64,000 bases of DNA from Clostridiaceae bacterium (GTDB lineage: Bacteria; Bacillota; Clostridia; Saccharofermentanales; DTU023), in the NCBI GenBank assembly GCA_012800435.1, contig JAAZJH010000072.1:76943-140942 (forward strand). Direction: 5' to 3'. Each line of letters opens with the position of its first letter. Within the stretch, counting starts at the first letter, position 1. Shown here in pieces: positions 34,684-44,110 of this stretch. The translations under genes and the position numbers were made by a program. Under the pieces are notes generated by a model, which did no database searches, was not told where the DNA came from, and worked only from the letters and a program-made list of their open reading frames with translations.

Positions 34684-37104
34684 TTATAAAGGATTGTGTC
34701 CGCGCGTTACACGCACGACCCCGTCGATCGCCTTCACCCTGCCGACTAATCGGTCGTACTGAGACTGGTCAGAGATTTCAACGATCAGACGTAAGCTCGC
34801 GCTGATGTCTCGGGCGGACTGGATGCGTGCCGACTGAACAGAGACACCTTCTTCGGCGATCGCTACGGAGATTTCTGCGAGAAGATTTGGACGATCGCGC
34901 GCGATGATTTGCATATCGACCGGATAGGTGCGACGCTTCGTTCCCACGTCCGTCGTCCAGACAACGTCAATCAGACGCGCGGCGCGCTCAGCATCTTCCG
35001 GTGTACGGTCAAACTCAGTAAGAATACGTCGAATATTCGGACAATCGATCCGGTGGACAGCGACACCCGAGCCTCGCGTGATGAAGCCTATGATCTGGTC
35101 GCCGGGCACAGGATTACAACAGCGCGATATTTTCACCAAGGCATTGTCAATACCCTTGACGACAACGGGAATGTCCCCCGTTTTTTTCTTCTTTTTCTTC
35201 TTTTTTATTTCTTCGCCTGTTTTATCGGCGGCCATCAGCGCATCAGTTACAAGCATTTGACCCGTGTTCTTCAGGATTTGGCCTGATTTTGTGATGCGAT
35301 AACCGAGCCTAAAGACTTCTTCTTGCGGCAATGTCTTCAACCACGCATCGCGCAAGCGCGGAACAATGCGTCCCGGTGCAAATCCGCCGTAGCCTACGCC
35401 GGCGAGGAGGTCATCGACCTTATGCATAGAATGACGTTTCAACAACGGTTTAAAAAAATCCGGGTTCATGAGATCTGACGGCTGAAAGCCGCTATTCTTA
35501 ATCTCGCGCTCCAAAAGCTCCCTACCGCGAATGATGTTTTCATCACGGCGCTCTCTACGGAACCACGTTGAGATTTTATTGCGGGCGGTGCTGCTCTTGA
35601 CGAAGCCGAGCCAGTCTCGTGAAGGTCCGCGCACTTTATCGGACGTTAATATTTCTACAATATCACCGTTGTTAAGCTCATAAGTCAAAGGCACCATATG
35701 TCCATTCACTTTAGCGCCGTACATTGAATTCCCGATATCACTGTGAATGTGGTATGCAAAATCAACCGGTACTGCGCCCGCGGGCAGCGCGATTACCTCG
35801 CCCATAGGCGTGAAAACAAAGACTTCGTCCGGTATCAAGCCTTCTTTAAGTGAATCCATATACTGTTTCGCGTCGCTCATATCACTCTGCCATTCGAGCA
35901 ATTGACGCAACCAGGACAAACGGACATCAAGATTATGATGTTTTTTGTCAGAGACGCCCTCTTTATAACGCCAGTGCGCGGCAATGCCATATTCTGCGGT
36001 GCGGTGCATTTCTTCCGTGCGAATCTGCACTTCAAAGGGTATGCCGTTGTTGCCGATGACCGTGGTGTGCAATGATTGGTAGCCGTTGCTTTTCGGAACG
36101 GCAATGTAGTCTTTGAATCGTCCCGGAATAGGTTTAAACAGCTCATGCACCAGCCCAAGCACGGCGTAGCAATCGCTTACTGTCGACACAATGATGCGCG
36201 AAGCGAATAAGTCATATATTTCATAAATTTCTTTCTGTTGAGCGCGCATTTTACGGTAAATACTGTAAAAATGTTTCGGCCGTCCCTCAATATCCGCTTT
36301 GATCCCCATCGCCGCCACTTTCTCTCTTAGCAAAGCGATGATTTCTTGAAGGTGTTTTTCGCGGTCAGAACGGCGTTGCGACAGCATACCGACAAGTTCA
36401 TAATAGGCATCCGGATCGAGATAACGTAAGCTTAGATCCTCAATTTCCCATTTCAGACGATGAATACCGAGCCGAGCGGCCAACGGGGCATAAATATCAA
36501 TAGTCTCGCGTGCCGTCTCGATTTGCTTATCAGGATCCATATGGTCGATCGTTCGCATGTTGTGGAGACGGTCGGCAAGTTTTATGATGACTACTCGGAT
36601 ATCTTTTGCCATCGCAAGAAACATTTTGCGGTAATTCTGCGCTTGCTTCTCTTCTTGCGAAGAATAAGAAATACGTGAAAGTTTTGTAACACCGTCCACC
36701 AGATCGGCGACATCCTGACCGCATGCTTCTACGAGATCATCAAAGGTTACATCAGTATCTTCAACGGTATCATGCAGCAAAGCCGCCGCAATCGTGTCTT
36801 CGTCAACAATACCGATATCGATTAGGATCCTCGTGGCAGCTATCGGATGAACAATATAGGGCTCACCGGTCGCACGGAATTGATTCATATGTGCTTCGCG
36901 CGCGATGCGATATGCTTTCTCAATAAGCGGTGCTTCATCTTTGTGCGCAAGCTTTTTCCATTCCTCAATCAGCTGTCGCGCTTCCTCATCTGCCTGAGCC
37001 AAACGCTCACGCTGTTCTTTTGTATAATGGGCGGGCTCGACGTCACTTAACGACATCTCAGGCACTGCATGCCGCACTGATTTTTTAGACTGCCGATGAG
37101 CCAT
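34684..37104 (-). CDS. relA: bifunctional (p)ppGpp synthetase/hydrolase (RelA/SpoT homologue)
   Basis: HD domain (HPIAATRIL...LHDTVEDT), synthetase block (YSIYRKM...DLFASRIIV...YQSLHTTV), TGS (VFTPMGEVIALPAGAVPVDFAY) and a C-terminal ACT-like region. Length 806 aa. Confidence 0.9.
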   Translation of the reverse strand: MAHRQSKKSVRHAVPEMSLSDVEPAHYTKEQRERLAQADEEARQLIEEWKKLAHKDEAPLIEKAYRIAREAHMNQFRATGEPYIVHPIAATRILIDIGIVDEDTIAAALLHDTVEDTDVTFDDLVEACGQDVADLVDGVTKLSRISYSSQEEKQAQNYRKMFLAMAKDIRVVIIKLADRLHNMRTIDHMDPDKQIETARETIDIYAPLAARLGIHRLKWEIEDLSLRYLDPDAYYELVGMLSQRRSDREKHLQEIIALLREKVAAMGIKADIEGRPKHFYSIYRKMRAQQKEIYEIYDLFASRIIVSTVSDCYAVLGLVHELFKPIPGRFKDYIAVPKSNGYQSLHTTVIGNNGIPFEVQIRTEEMHRTAEYGIAAHWRYKEGVSDKKHHNLDVRLSWLRQLLEWQSDMSDAKQYMDSLKEGLIPDEVFVFTPMGEVIALPAGAVPVDFAYHIHSDIGNSMYGAKVNGHMVPLTYELNNGDIVEILTSDKVRGPSRDWLGFVKSSTARNKISTWFRRERRDENIIRGRELLEREIKNSGFQPSDLMNPDFFKPLLKRHSMHKVDDLLAGVGYGGFAPGRIVPRLRDAWLKTLPQEEVFRLGYRITKSGQILKNTGQMLVTDALMAADKTGEEIKKKKKKKKTGDIPVVVKGIDNALVKISRCCNPVPGDQIIGFITRGSGVAVHRIDCPNIRRILTEFDRTPEDAERAARLIDVVWTTDVGTKRRTYPVDMQIIARDRPNLLAEISVAIAEEGVSVQSARIQSARDISASLRLIVEISDQSQYDRLVGRVKAIDGVVRVTRGHNPL

Positions 37105-37201
37105 TTATTCTTATGCCATCCCTTTCGTGATTACAATATGGTCTTACGCGCGATTACTTCCCGAGAAAATCAACATCAATTTCAGTCAATGCACACATAT
37201 A

Positions 37202-39355
37202 TCATATCTCATCATCCAACCAACCGAAACGGCAGAGCAACGTCCAAAGGGGTGATGATGTGAGACTTGGTCGATCGCTCTCCTGCTCCTTGGGCATAAA
37301 AACATAAAAGCCTGTTCCGGTGCTATCAAAATGACATAGACCTACGTCTGAAAAAATACGAAGAGCCGCTAATACAGCAAACGCATCCGCCTCTACATTA
37401 TAACGATGCGATAGAATCCAAGCCAAACGACTCGGCGAAAAGACAATCCGCCCGTCGCCGTTTGCTCCAAGCTGAGCTAAAAACAGCCATAGCGCTGTGA
37501 AAAACGCAGGTTTCAACGTTATCCATAATGCGGGATCTTTCGATGACGGCGTTTCATAAAAACGAGTCAATGTATTAAAAGCGAGGATGTCTTCTTCACT
37601 CACGCGCGAAGGGCGTATTGCTTCAATGTTGAGCTGTATCGTTGATCTCCCTTGCCATACATTCCATTCAGGAGTAACCAATACATCAATGACATCATCA
37701 ATGGCGTAAAAAGATGCTTCGTCTCCTCCGTGAAAGAAGATTGCATCAAAAGTTTGCATGGTTTCATCTCCTGCCCGTAGACGCATTTTTAGATGATGTC
37801 CCTCTCCAACTCGTTTCAGATCGTCAATGACGAATTGACGAATGAGAAAAACGGCTTTCCCGAAATCCTGTCCGGTAGGCTCCAAAAGCGCCAATCGATC
37901 TACCAGCTCACCGTCGATCTCTGATGCGAGAACATCGGCATCAGCTTCATAAGTTACTTCTCGCTCCTCTTCAGGAATCGAACGCATATACGACTCCATC
38001 ACCTTACTGAAGGCGTCAATTTGATCAATGTTAAGCTGTAGACCTGCCGCACCGCTATGACCTCCATAACGATCAAGATACTCACTTGCGGCATCAAGAG
38101 CGAGGATCAAATTGATTGAACCGAAAGAGCGTGCCGACCCAATCAAAAGACCATCTTCCTCCCGCAACGTGATAGCCGGAACGTGAAGACGGTCCGACAA
38201 ACGTGAACTTACAATACCTAGGACTCCGGGATGCCAGTCATTACCGTACGAGATCGCAATTACCGGCGCTTCGTCGCCCCATGCGCGCGTTACCATCTTG
38301 AGCGCCTCGTCAAAGACATCACCCTCTACACGGCGGCGTTCTTGATTGAGTTCGTCAAGTCGCAACGCTAACATAGCCGCGCGCTCCGCGTTATCCTCAA
38401 GAAGCAAATCAAGTGCGAGACGCACATCTCCCATGCGCCCTGCGGCATTCAGGCGAGGAGCGATAAAAAATGCGATATCACGTGAGAAGATCGTTGAAGG
38501 ATCACGTCGACGCATCAAGTCAAAAAGAGCTGCGAGGCCAACCGGCGCGTCAGTGTTAAAGCGTTCGAGACCGTGTCGAACAAGCAGACGATTGACACCG
38601 GTCAACGGCATTACATCGGCAATCGTCCCTACGGTGGCAAGCACAGCCAGCAAATCACGGTTAGAAGTATGTTCTCCGATCGTCAAATCTAATGCTTGCG
38701 TCAACATAAAGGCTACCCCCGCACCGCTTAGAGCGCAGTACGGATATGTTTCATCATCGGCTGAAGGGTTGATCAACGGTGCGATCTGTCGATCGAAAGG
38801 CAACGTCGGTACGTGATGGTCGGTAACAACGACCTGAACGCCTTCATTCACGAGCAATGAGATAAATTCCGCTGCAGTAGTTCCAGTATCCACCGTTAAC
38901 ACAAGATCCGGACGATGCAGTAACATCTCTTCAACTAAAGCCGCCGATAATCCATATCCGTCGTCTATACGGTCAGGGATCAGAATATTGGGATGGATCT
39001 CGTGTGCGTGAAACCAGCGCGCGAGAAGCGCGGATGCTGTCAATCCATCAGCGTCATAATCTCCGAAAATAAGAATGCGCGGAGACCTCTTCCGCATAAC
39101 ATCTAAGATAATCGACGTGGCGCGCGCCATGTCTATAAAAGAAAAAGGATCAGGCAGATCATCAATCGTCGCATTAAAAAAAACATCGCGGCTTATCTCG
39201 GTGTCAAAACCTCGTGCGATTAGTACGCGCTCCAAAATATCAGTGTCGGCTGATTCGTCTGATACCACAGATTTGATCTTCCATGGAGGCGACGTCAGCC
39301 AACGAATAAGTTTATGGCGTAATTTCGGTTCAATTGCATTTTGTTGTGCGTTCAT
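37202..39355 (-). CDS. recJ: single-stranded-DNA-specific exonuclease RecJ
   Basis: DHH motifs (IFGDYDADGLT, VVTDHH) and DHHA1 (GGHSGAAG). Length 717 aa. Confidence 0.9.
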   Translation of the reverse strand: MNAQQNAIEPKLRHKLIRWLTSPPWKIKSVVSDESADTDILERVLIARGFDTEISRDVFFNATIDDLPDPFSFIDMARATSIILDVMRKRSPRILIFGDYDADGLTASALLARWFHAHEIHPNILIPDRIDDGYGLSAALVEEMLLHRPDLVLTVDTGTTAAEFISLLVNEGVQVVVTDHHVPTLPFDRQIAPLINPSADDETYPYCALSGAGVAFMLTQALDLTIGEHTSNRDLLAVLATVGTIADVMPLTGVNRLLVRHGLERFNTDAPVGLAALFDLMRRRDPSTIFSRDIAFFIAPRLNAAGRMGDVRLALDLLLEDNAERAAMLALRLDELNQERRRVEGDVFDEALKMVTRAWGDEAPVIAISYGNDWHPGVLGIVSSRLSDRLHVPAITLREEDGLLIGSARSFGSINLILALDAASEYLDRYGGHSGAAGLQLNIDQIDAFSKVMESYMRSIPEEEREVTYEADADVLASEIDGELVDRLALLEPTGQDFGKAVFLIRQFVIDDLKRVGEGHHLKMRLRAGDETMQTFDAIFFHGGDEASFYAIDDVIDVLVTPEWNVWQGRSTIQLNIEAIRPSRVSEEDILAFNTLTRFYETPSSKDPALWITLKPAFFTALWLFLAQLGANGDGRIVFSPSRLAWILSHRYNVEADAFAVLAALRIFSDVGLCHFDSTGTGFYVFMPKEQESDRPSLTSSPLWTLLCRFGWLDDEI

Positions 39356-39382
39356 GGCATAAAGAATACACTAAAAACCATT

Positions 39383-39420
39383 AAAAAAACCTCATGACTC
39401 TTTCGAAAAAAGCATGAGGT
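39383..39420 (-). terminator. rho-independent terminator after rpsU
   Basis: 8-bp stem, acctcatg (39389-39396) with catgaggt (39413-39420). On the minus strand it is followed by TTTTTTTAA (the A-run at 39383-39389 on the plus strand). Confidence 0.75.
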
Positions 39421-39445
39421 CTATTTTAGAATTGAAATTGAATGA

Positions 39446-39619
39446 TCAGCGTTTGCGCTTTCTGGCGGCTTCTGCTTTCCTCTTGCGTCTAACACTGGGT
39501 TTTTCGTAGTGTTCACGCTTTCTGACTTCAGCAAGCACGCCCGAACGAGCACAGGATCGTTTAAAACGTCTCAAAGCGCTGTCCAGGGATTCATTCTCTT
39601 TTACACGAATCTCCGTCAA
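39446..39619 (-). CDS. rpsU: 30S ribosomal protein S21
   Basis: Not in the ORF track because it is 57 aa. My translation from the TTG at 39619 is [57 protein letters not shown], with stop TGA at 39446-39448. RBS GAGGGGAGGG lies upstream. Confidence 0.9.
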   Translation of the reverse strand: MTEIRVKENESLDSALRRFKRSCARSGVLAEVRKREHYEKPSVRRKRKAEAARKRKR

Positions 39620-39679
39620 GTTTATCCCTCCCCTCGCCGTGATTCTTCGTAACCCGAATTAAATTCGAAGCTAGAATGC

Positions 39680-39708
39680 AGTATACCGCTCTCTCAATCC
39701 CCCGTCAA
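39680..39708 (-). promoter_or_regulatory. candidate sigma-A promoter for rpsU (TTGACG-17-TATACT)
   Basis: On the minus strand, -35 TTGACG at 39703-39708, a 17-nt spacer, and -10 TATACT at 39680-39685. It lies about 60 nt upstream of the rpsU start. Confidence 0.55.
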
Positions 39709-40049
39709 ATCAGGGTTTTAGAGACTTGCAGGAAATAATACAATGGCTGATTAGCAGTGTAAGCTAGATGTGAAGAAAAGTTAGCGCTGCACTTTAGTTT
39801 ACTGTTCATTAACAGGAATCAAACGTAGGCTACTCGTTTTCAGGTATTTCATCTCCATGATAAGATAAAAGAACAAAACGCCACATCGGTTGCTTGCCAT
39901 GTCATTTGTCGCGTGCTCCTCCTCATAAACGGGAACAACCGAGATCAATGGCAGTTTTGTAAAAGCGTACAGCGTTCGGAGATGCTCCCTCATCCCGAGC
40001 GCCTGAGAAGAATACCGTCCTTCCTGAATATCAGTGAAAGCACACCTTT

Positions 40050-41954
40050 ATGCCGAACAACATGCAGTCCATCCGAATGTCCACACCTAGTTTGCTCTCT
40101 TCGCATCGCATTTCGCGCATCTCAAAAACTTTCAACAAGAAGAGAGAGAACGACAACAAACCGAAACGAAGACGATACCCCTTCGCTTTACTTCTCCTTT
40201 TGCTGCTTTCGCTTCTCCTCTCGCAAACGCAACCGGCGAAGGCCCGTGACAAGATACGCCTTGTTCCGGTAGATCTTGCTCATGCCGATGTTCTAATTCG
40301 CTCGGATAATACCGTGCTTATTACTGAGACTTTCTATTGCACTTATCAGGGAGAGGATCTCTCCTTCGCATTTGATATTGGGACATCCTTAAGCGGGGAC
40401 GCAACACTTGTAGCCGTGAAAAAAGCACGTGTCGAACAGGGAGAATTGAAAGATCTTGTCAACATCACACCTAAGGACGGTACGCGCCCTCAACCCCATA
40501 CTTACCAAATTGAGAAAAAAACAGACGGCACACGTGTTCTAGTCCATCTTTCATCAATTTCCGGTACTTTCGCTATTCAGCTTACCTATCAATGGAATCA
40601 TGGCGTCGTCAAACTAGACGGATATGCGATGATAGCCGGAGCGCTCTGTTCGGTGCCGAAGGGCACAAATATTCGTAATCTTATCTGGTCCGTTAAACTC
40701 CCCTCCTCAGTTCCTGCAGACCGGGCAACTGTCATTGCTGTCACATCCCATCCCGCCGCGATCAACCAGGAAGAAAACATTCTGACAATCGTTGATAATC
40801 ATCGATTTACTCGTCGCGAAGGCATGGGTATTGTTCTTCGCCTCCCGATCAAATTTTTTCCTCTAGCGACCGCGAAAGAGGGCCTCAAATCCACCGCCGC
40901 TGATATTTTGGATGACGCGCAAAACCGGCGCGAGATGCTGATCCATATGGAATTGCTCTCTAGGAACAGCACGCGGATGATCGGGATTTTAAGTCTCACG
41001 GCGCTGTTCTTCCTTCTGATCTTACACACAGTTCGAAATTGGACACCGCGTCGCCGAAAATTTCTTCCGGATTACCTCTATTGGCCGGCGACGGCTCCGC
41101 CTGCGTACATCTCAATCCTGCAACGCAGCCGTCTTCGTGACAGCGATATCCTATTGTCAACGCTTCTTAGTCTGACGGCCAAGAAAGAGATCGCTTTTGT
41201 CGACGAAATTTTCATTTGGAGAAATCCGGATCGCATCGATTTCTCGTCATTCACCCCATGGGAGACGCTTTTGTTGCAATGGCTCTTTGAAGACGATCCG
41301 GCATACGGGAGTGTCCTCGCGGCGGAACGCCTGCGAGTCGCGGCGAGACAACCTGAATTTCGAATGATTGCGCAAAATTTCAGAAAAACACTGCACAACG
41401 ATTTCAGTCAATCTCACTTGATGAAACGTCGGCTGACGACCATCTTTCGTGTTGCGTCACTGATCTTTGCAGCGCTTTTCGCGCTGATCGGGATTGTCTT
41501 CTTCCTCGTTACACGGAGCTATGGATCATTCATCTTGCTGGCTGTCGCCGTCATTTACACCGCCAACGGCTTTACGTATACCTATCTTTCAAGATATGGT
41601 GCGCAACGCCGATGGGAAACGCTTCGATTTGCCAACACACTCGGCACGCCGAGAAAGATTATTTTGTCTTGCCAAAATAAACTCACCGATGTAGAAACTG
41701 CCATCACCTCACTTCCCGCTGCCGTTGCACTTGATCGGGTCGGAGATTACTTTCTTGGTATTAGAAATCTACAGGACGAACTCTTTTTCAAAACTGCGTA
41801 CGCCATCTTGCATGTCTTCCGCGATCTTCCCATCCCAAAACACATCAGGCGACGCGCCTCACCGTCTGAGAAAAGGATGTTGCTCGATGAGCTCTATCAG
41901 ATGGAACGCATGCTTGCTGTGTGGGATGCTTTGTTGAAATCATGTTTAATCTGA
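40050..41954 (+). CDS. predicted membrane protein, DUF2207-like architecture (signal peptide, beta-rich ectodomain, TM, cytoplasmic linker, C-terminal TM pair)
   Basis: Signal-like segment RRRYPFALLLLLLLSLLLSQTQPAKA, a TM helix MIGILSLTALFFLLIL, then a PATAPPAYISIL...LLSTLLSLTAKKEIAF segment and two further TM helices. The start codon is uncertain because none of the ATGs at 40050, 40062 or 40077 has an SD. Confidence 0.55.
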   Translation: MPNNMQSIRMSTPSLLSSHRISRISKTFNKKRENDNKPKRRRYPFALLLLLLLSLLLSQTQPAKARDKIRLVPVDLAHADVLIRSDNTVLITETFYCTYQGEDLSFAFDIGTSLSGDATLVAVKKARVEQGELKDLVNITPKDGTRPQPHTYQIEKKTDGTRVLVHLSSISGTFAIQLTYQWNHGVVKLDGYAMIAGALCSVPKGTNIRNLIWSVKLPSSVPADRATVIAVTSHPAAINQEENILTIVDNHRFTRREGMGIVLRLPIKFFPLATAKEGLKSTAADILDDAQNRREMLIHMELLSRNSTRMIGILSLTALFFLLILHTVRNWTPRRRKFLPDYLYWPATAPPAYISILQRSRLRDSDILLSTLLSLTAKKEIAFVDEIFIWRNPDRIDFSSFTPWETLLLQWLFEDDPAYGSVLAAERLRVAARQPEFRMIAQNFRKTLHNDFSQSHLMKRRLTTIFRVASLIFAALFALIGIVFFLVTRSYGSFILLAVAVIYTANGFTYTYLSRYGAQRRWETLRFANTLGTPRKIILSCQNKLTDVETAITSLPAAVALDRVGDYFLGIRNLQDELFFKTAYAILHVFRDLPIPKHIRRRASPSEKRMLLDELYQMERMLAVWDALLKSCLI

Positions 41955-41964
41955 GGGATTGAAT

Positions 41965-41986
41965 GGCATTGCTGTGCCGACTTTTT
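41965..41986 (+). terminator. weak candidate terminator after the DUF2207-like gene
   Basis: 5-bp stem ggcat/gtgcc (including one GU pair) with a 4-nt loop, followed by gaCTTTTT at 41979-41986. Confidence 0.35.
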
Positions 41987-42089
41987 AAAACGCGCTTTTG
42001 AGCAGGATTTCTAATAATGAGCACCAACCCGAGATGTCATTATCTTGTCAAATATTCGGCACTTATCTTCTTAAAGTATAATTGAACGA

Positions 42090-42596
42090 TCATCGTTCTG
42101 AGGGTCGATAAGCTGACGCGATGCAGGTGCAGGCGATGCCTTCTCCTCTTCCGAACGCTGTCAGTCCCTCACCTGACGTTGCTGTTATAGCGACGTTTTT
42201 TACTGGAAGACCGGTGAGCTGTGCAATATTTTCTCGCATAGCAACGATGTGCTCTGCGAGATGCGGCCGCTTTGCTTCGATCGAAAAGGAGAGATGTGTA
42301 AGCCGGATGTCGTCTAATGTTTCGAGCGCTACACGAACGTACGTCGAGCTATCCGTGATGCCGGATTCACACATTATGTCAGCTTTTCTACCAAGCACAG
42401 GCACTGCCGAAAGACCCGACAACGCGTTTGTTAACGCATGTAGGACAACGTCCGCATCGCTGTTGCCTTCAAGAGCAGGAGTTCCAAGGATCTCTATGCC
42501 GCCCAGCATTAATCGACGCTCGGATGAAGATGAGGTCTCTTCATTAACGAAGCGATGGCTATCCTGTCCGATCGCGCTGATAAAAATCATCTCCAT
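42090..42596 (-). CDS. divergent IspF-like protein (2-C-methyl-D-erythritol 2,4-cyclodiphosphate synthase family)
   Basis: IGQDSHRF aligns with the GxDxH zinc motif, LGGIEILG...GNSDADVVLHAL with GHSDADVLLHA, and ITATSGEGLTAFGRGEGIA with KATTTEKLGFTGRxEGIA. The alternative start ATG 42590 is equally plausible. Confidence 0.7.
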   Translation of the reverse strand: MEMIFISAIGQDSHRFVNEETSSSSERRLMLGGIEILGTPALEGNSDADVVLHALTNALSGLSAVPVLGRKADIMCESGITDSSTYVRVALETLDDIRLTHLSFSIEAKRPHLAEHIVAMRENIAQLTGLPVKNVAITATSGEGLTAFGRGEGIACTCIASAYRPSER

Positions 42597-42693
42597 GCTC
42601 CCTCCCCGTTGATTACACATCACACATTTACTTCATAAATTATTCTAGCAAACACGGATGTTCTCAACGAGTATCACTAGCTGTCGTCGCGTC

Positions 42694-43317
42694 TTATTGA
42701 ACAGACCTTTTGCGTATCGGTCGTATTGCACGAAGCACGTGATAACCCTTAGCGCGTGCGACTGTTTCTACGACGCTGTAATGATTTTGCAGTTTCCGCG
42801 CCGCCGATGCTTTGCCTTGACGGACACGGATAACCGTGTAAAAAGCGCCGTCGTTTTTCAGATTTTTTGCCGCCTCTTCAAATAGACGGTACACAACTTT
42901 TTTTCCAGCACGAATAGGCGGATTGATGACGATAAGATCGAACGGCCCCCTATCCTCAGGCACACCGTCCGCCCATACAAAATCTGCACCCGTGACACCG
43001 TTTCGTTTTGCGTTTTGAGTTGCAAGTTGGACGGCTCGCTCGTTGATATCGCTGCCTGTTATCTGAAAGGAAGGACGACATTTTGCAAGCGCGACAGCAA
43101 GAACCCCGGTTCCCGTTCCAAGATCAAGCACGGATGCTTCACGACGATCTTCCATAAGAAGGACTGTGTCTAAAAGGAGATTCGTTCCGGGATCAACGCG
43201 GTCTCTTGAGAAAACGGCGCTATCTGTACCAAACGTGAGTGTTTCTCCTTCACATGATAAAGAAAAGGAGCCATACGCGTGAGGTGTTTCCGGTTGTTTA
43301 GAAAAGTAGTGTGTCAT
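42694..43317 (-). CDS. class I SAM-dependent methyltransferase (RsmC/RsmD-type small-domain rRNA/N6-adenine methylase family)
   Basis: VLDLGTGTGVLAVALA (motif I) and IVINPPIRAGK (NPPxxxG motif IV). ATG 43317 is preferred over GTG 43341. Confidence 0.75.
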   Translation of the reverse strand: MTHYFSKQPETPHAYGSFSLSCEGETLTFGTDSAVFSRDRVDPGTNLLLDTVLLMEDRREASVLDLGTGTGVLAVALAKCRPSFQITGSDINERAVQLATQNAKRNGVTGADFVWADGVPEDRGPFDLIVINPPIRAGKKVVYRLFEEAAKNLKNDGAFYTVIRVRQGKASAARKLQNHYSVVETVARAKGYHVLRAIRPIRKRSVQ

Positions 43318-43429
43318 AGCAACGAACCTTTTAGACTTCACCCGATATTTGTTTTGCCTGTCGCACGTCTTCCTTGCGATTTGAAATGAGATGAAGCAAC
43401 ATTCTGAAGAAGCGTCCTCTTCGTCACAT

Positions 43430-44098
43430 TCAATCGGTGCGCTTTGTCAGAAAAGAGGCGTCCTGACGCCTAATACTCTTCATGCCCATCGGAGTACGTG
43501 CCAGTGCTGTGACGAGCGGAAGCCCAAGTCCAAACACAACGATGCTTTGAGAAAGGGCTAACAACCCGCAACTTGCAGCCACGAGTCCAAACGTGACGGC
43601 TTGAGGCGTCATGAGAAAGGGCAGATACACACCCACAACCAATGCGTTCAACAGAACCTGCGGAAGTAACGGAATGACTAAATCGCGCCATGTCGGCAGC
43701 TCTTTATTCTCATCCCTATTCTCTGATCGCCGAAAACCCTCTTTAGCAAGCTTGCGACGCCACGGCGCCGCAAGACGCCATGTCGCAAACGCGGCAACCA
43801 GCGTCGTCAGACTTCCAGCGACAACATCGATCAGACCTAATGGCGACGGATTTAATATATTCGACAACAAACAGCCCAAGAATACGCCGGTGATCGCCGA
43901 TGGGAAAATTGCCGGAAGCACCGTTAACGCTTCGGAGACGCGAAGCTGCAACATGCCGTAACTCATAAAAGACGGCAATAACGTCAACAGTATATAGAGC
44001 GCTGCGATCAGGGCACTTTGTACCGTGGAAACGATTACCTCATTTCGTTTTCTTGGGTTAGCGATACGATCCCTCTCCTCCACACCGCTGCGTAGCAA
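43430..44098 (-). CDS. queT: QueT-family queuosine-precursor transporter (ECF S-component-like)
   Basis: LQLRVSEALTVLPAIF and PLGLIDVVAGSLTTLVAA match QueT blocks as I recall them. The start is unresolved. The only in-frame candidates are TTG 44098 and GTG 44083, neither with an SD, and no start lies near the N-terminus expected from homology. Confidence 0.7.
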   Translation of the reverse strand: MLRSGVEERDRIANPRKRNEVIVSTVQSALIAALYILLTLLPSFMSYGMLQLRVSEALTVLPAIFPSAITGVFLGCLLSNILNPSPLGLIDVVAGSLTTLVAAFATWRLAAPWRRKLAKEGFRRSENRDENKELPTWRDLVIPLLPQVLLNALVVGVYLPFLMTPQAVTFGLVAASCGLLALSQSIVVFGLGLPLVTALARTPMGMKSIRRQDASFLTKRTD

Positions 44099-44110
44099 CG
44101 CGTATCGAAA

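Noticed and set aside
39799-39993. 64-aa minus-strand ORF in the rpsU/DUF2207 intergenic gap.
   Set aside because: It has no RBS and an odd composition, and it points toward the rpsU promoter. I did not call it as a gene.
42121-42612. 163-aa plus-strand ORF that mirrors almost the whole IspF-like gene.
   Set aside because: The minus-strand frame carries several IspF family motifs and an RBS. The plus-strand translation is Ser/Arg/Pro-rich with no motif. I treat it as an antisense shadow.
43449-43471. Hairpin aggcgtc-ct-gacgcct followed by CTTTTCT on the minus strand, resembling a terminator.
   Set aside because: It lies inside the queT coding sequence, roughly 15 nt before the stop codon, and its loop is only 2 nt. 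It is probably coincidental.
44037-44110. Possible preQ1-I riboswitch in front of queT. On the minus strand the sequence gagGGGaucguaucgcuaaCCCaagaaaacgaaaugagg resembles the loop, A-rich tail and SD layout. A 7-bp inverted repeat is also present (cgatacg at 44062-44068, cgtatcg at 44101-44107).
   Set aside because: The P1 helix would be only 3 bp. The element would start 1-2 nt after the ileS stop, leaving no room for a promoter. No canonical start codon follows the GAGG. The resemblance is too weak without a covariance-model score; cmsearch with the preQ1-I model would settle it.
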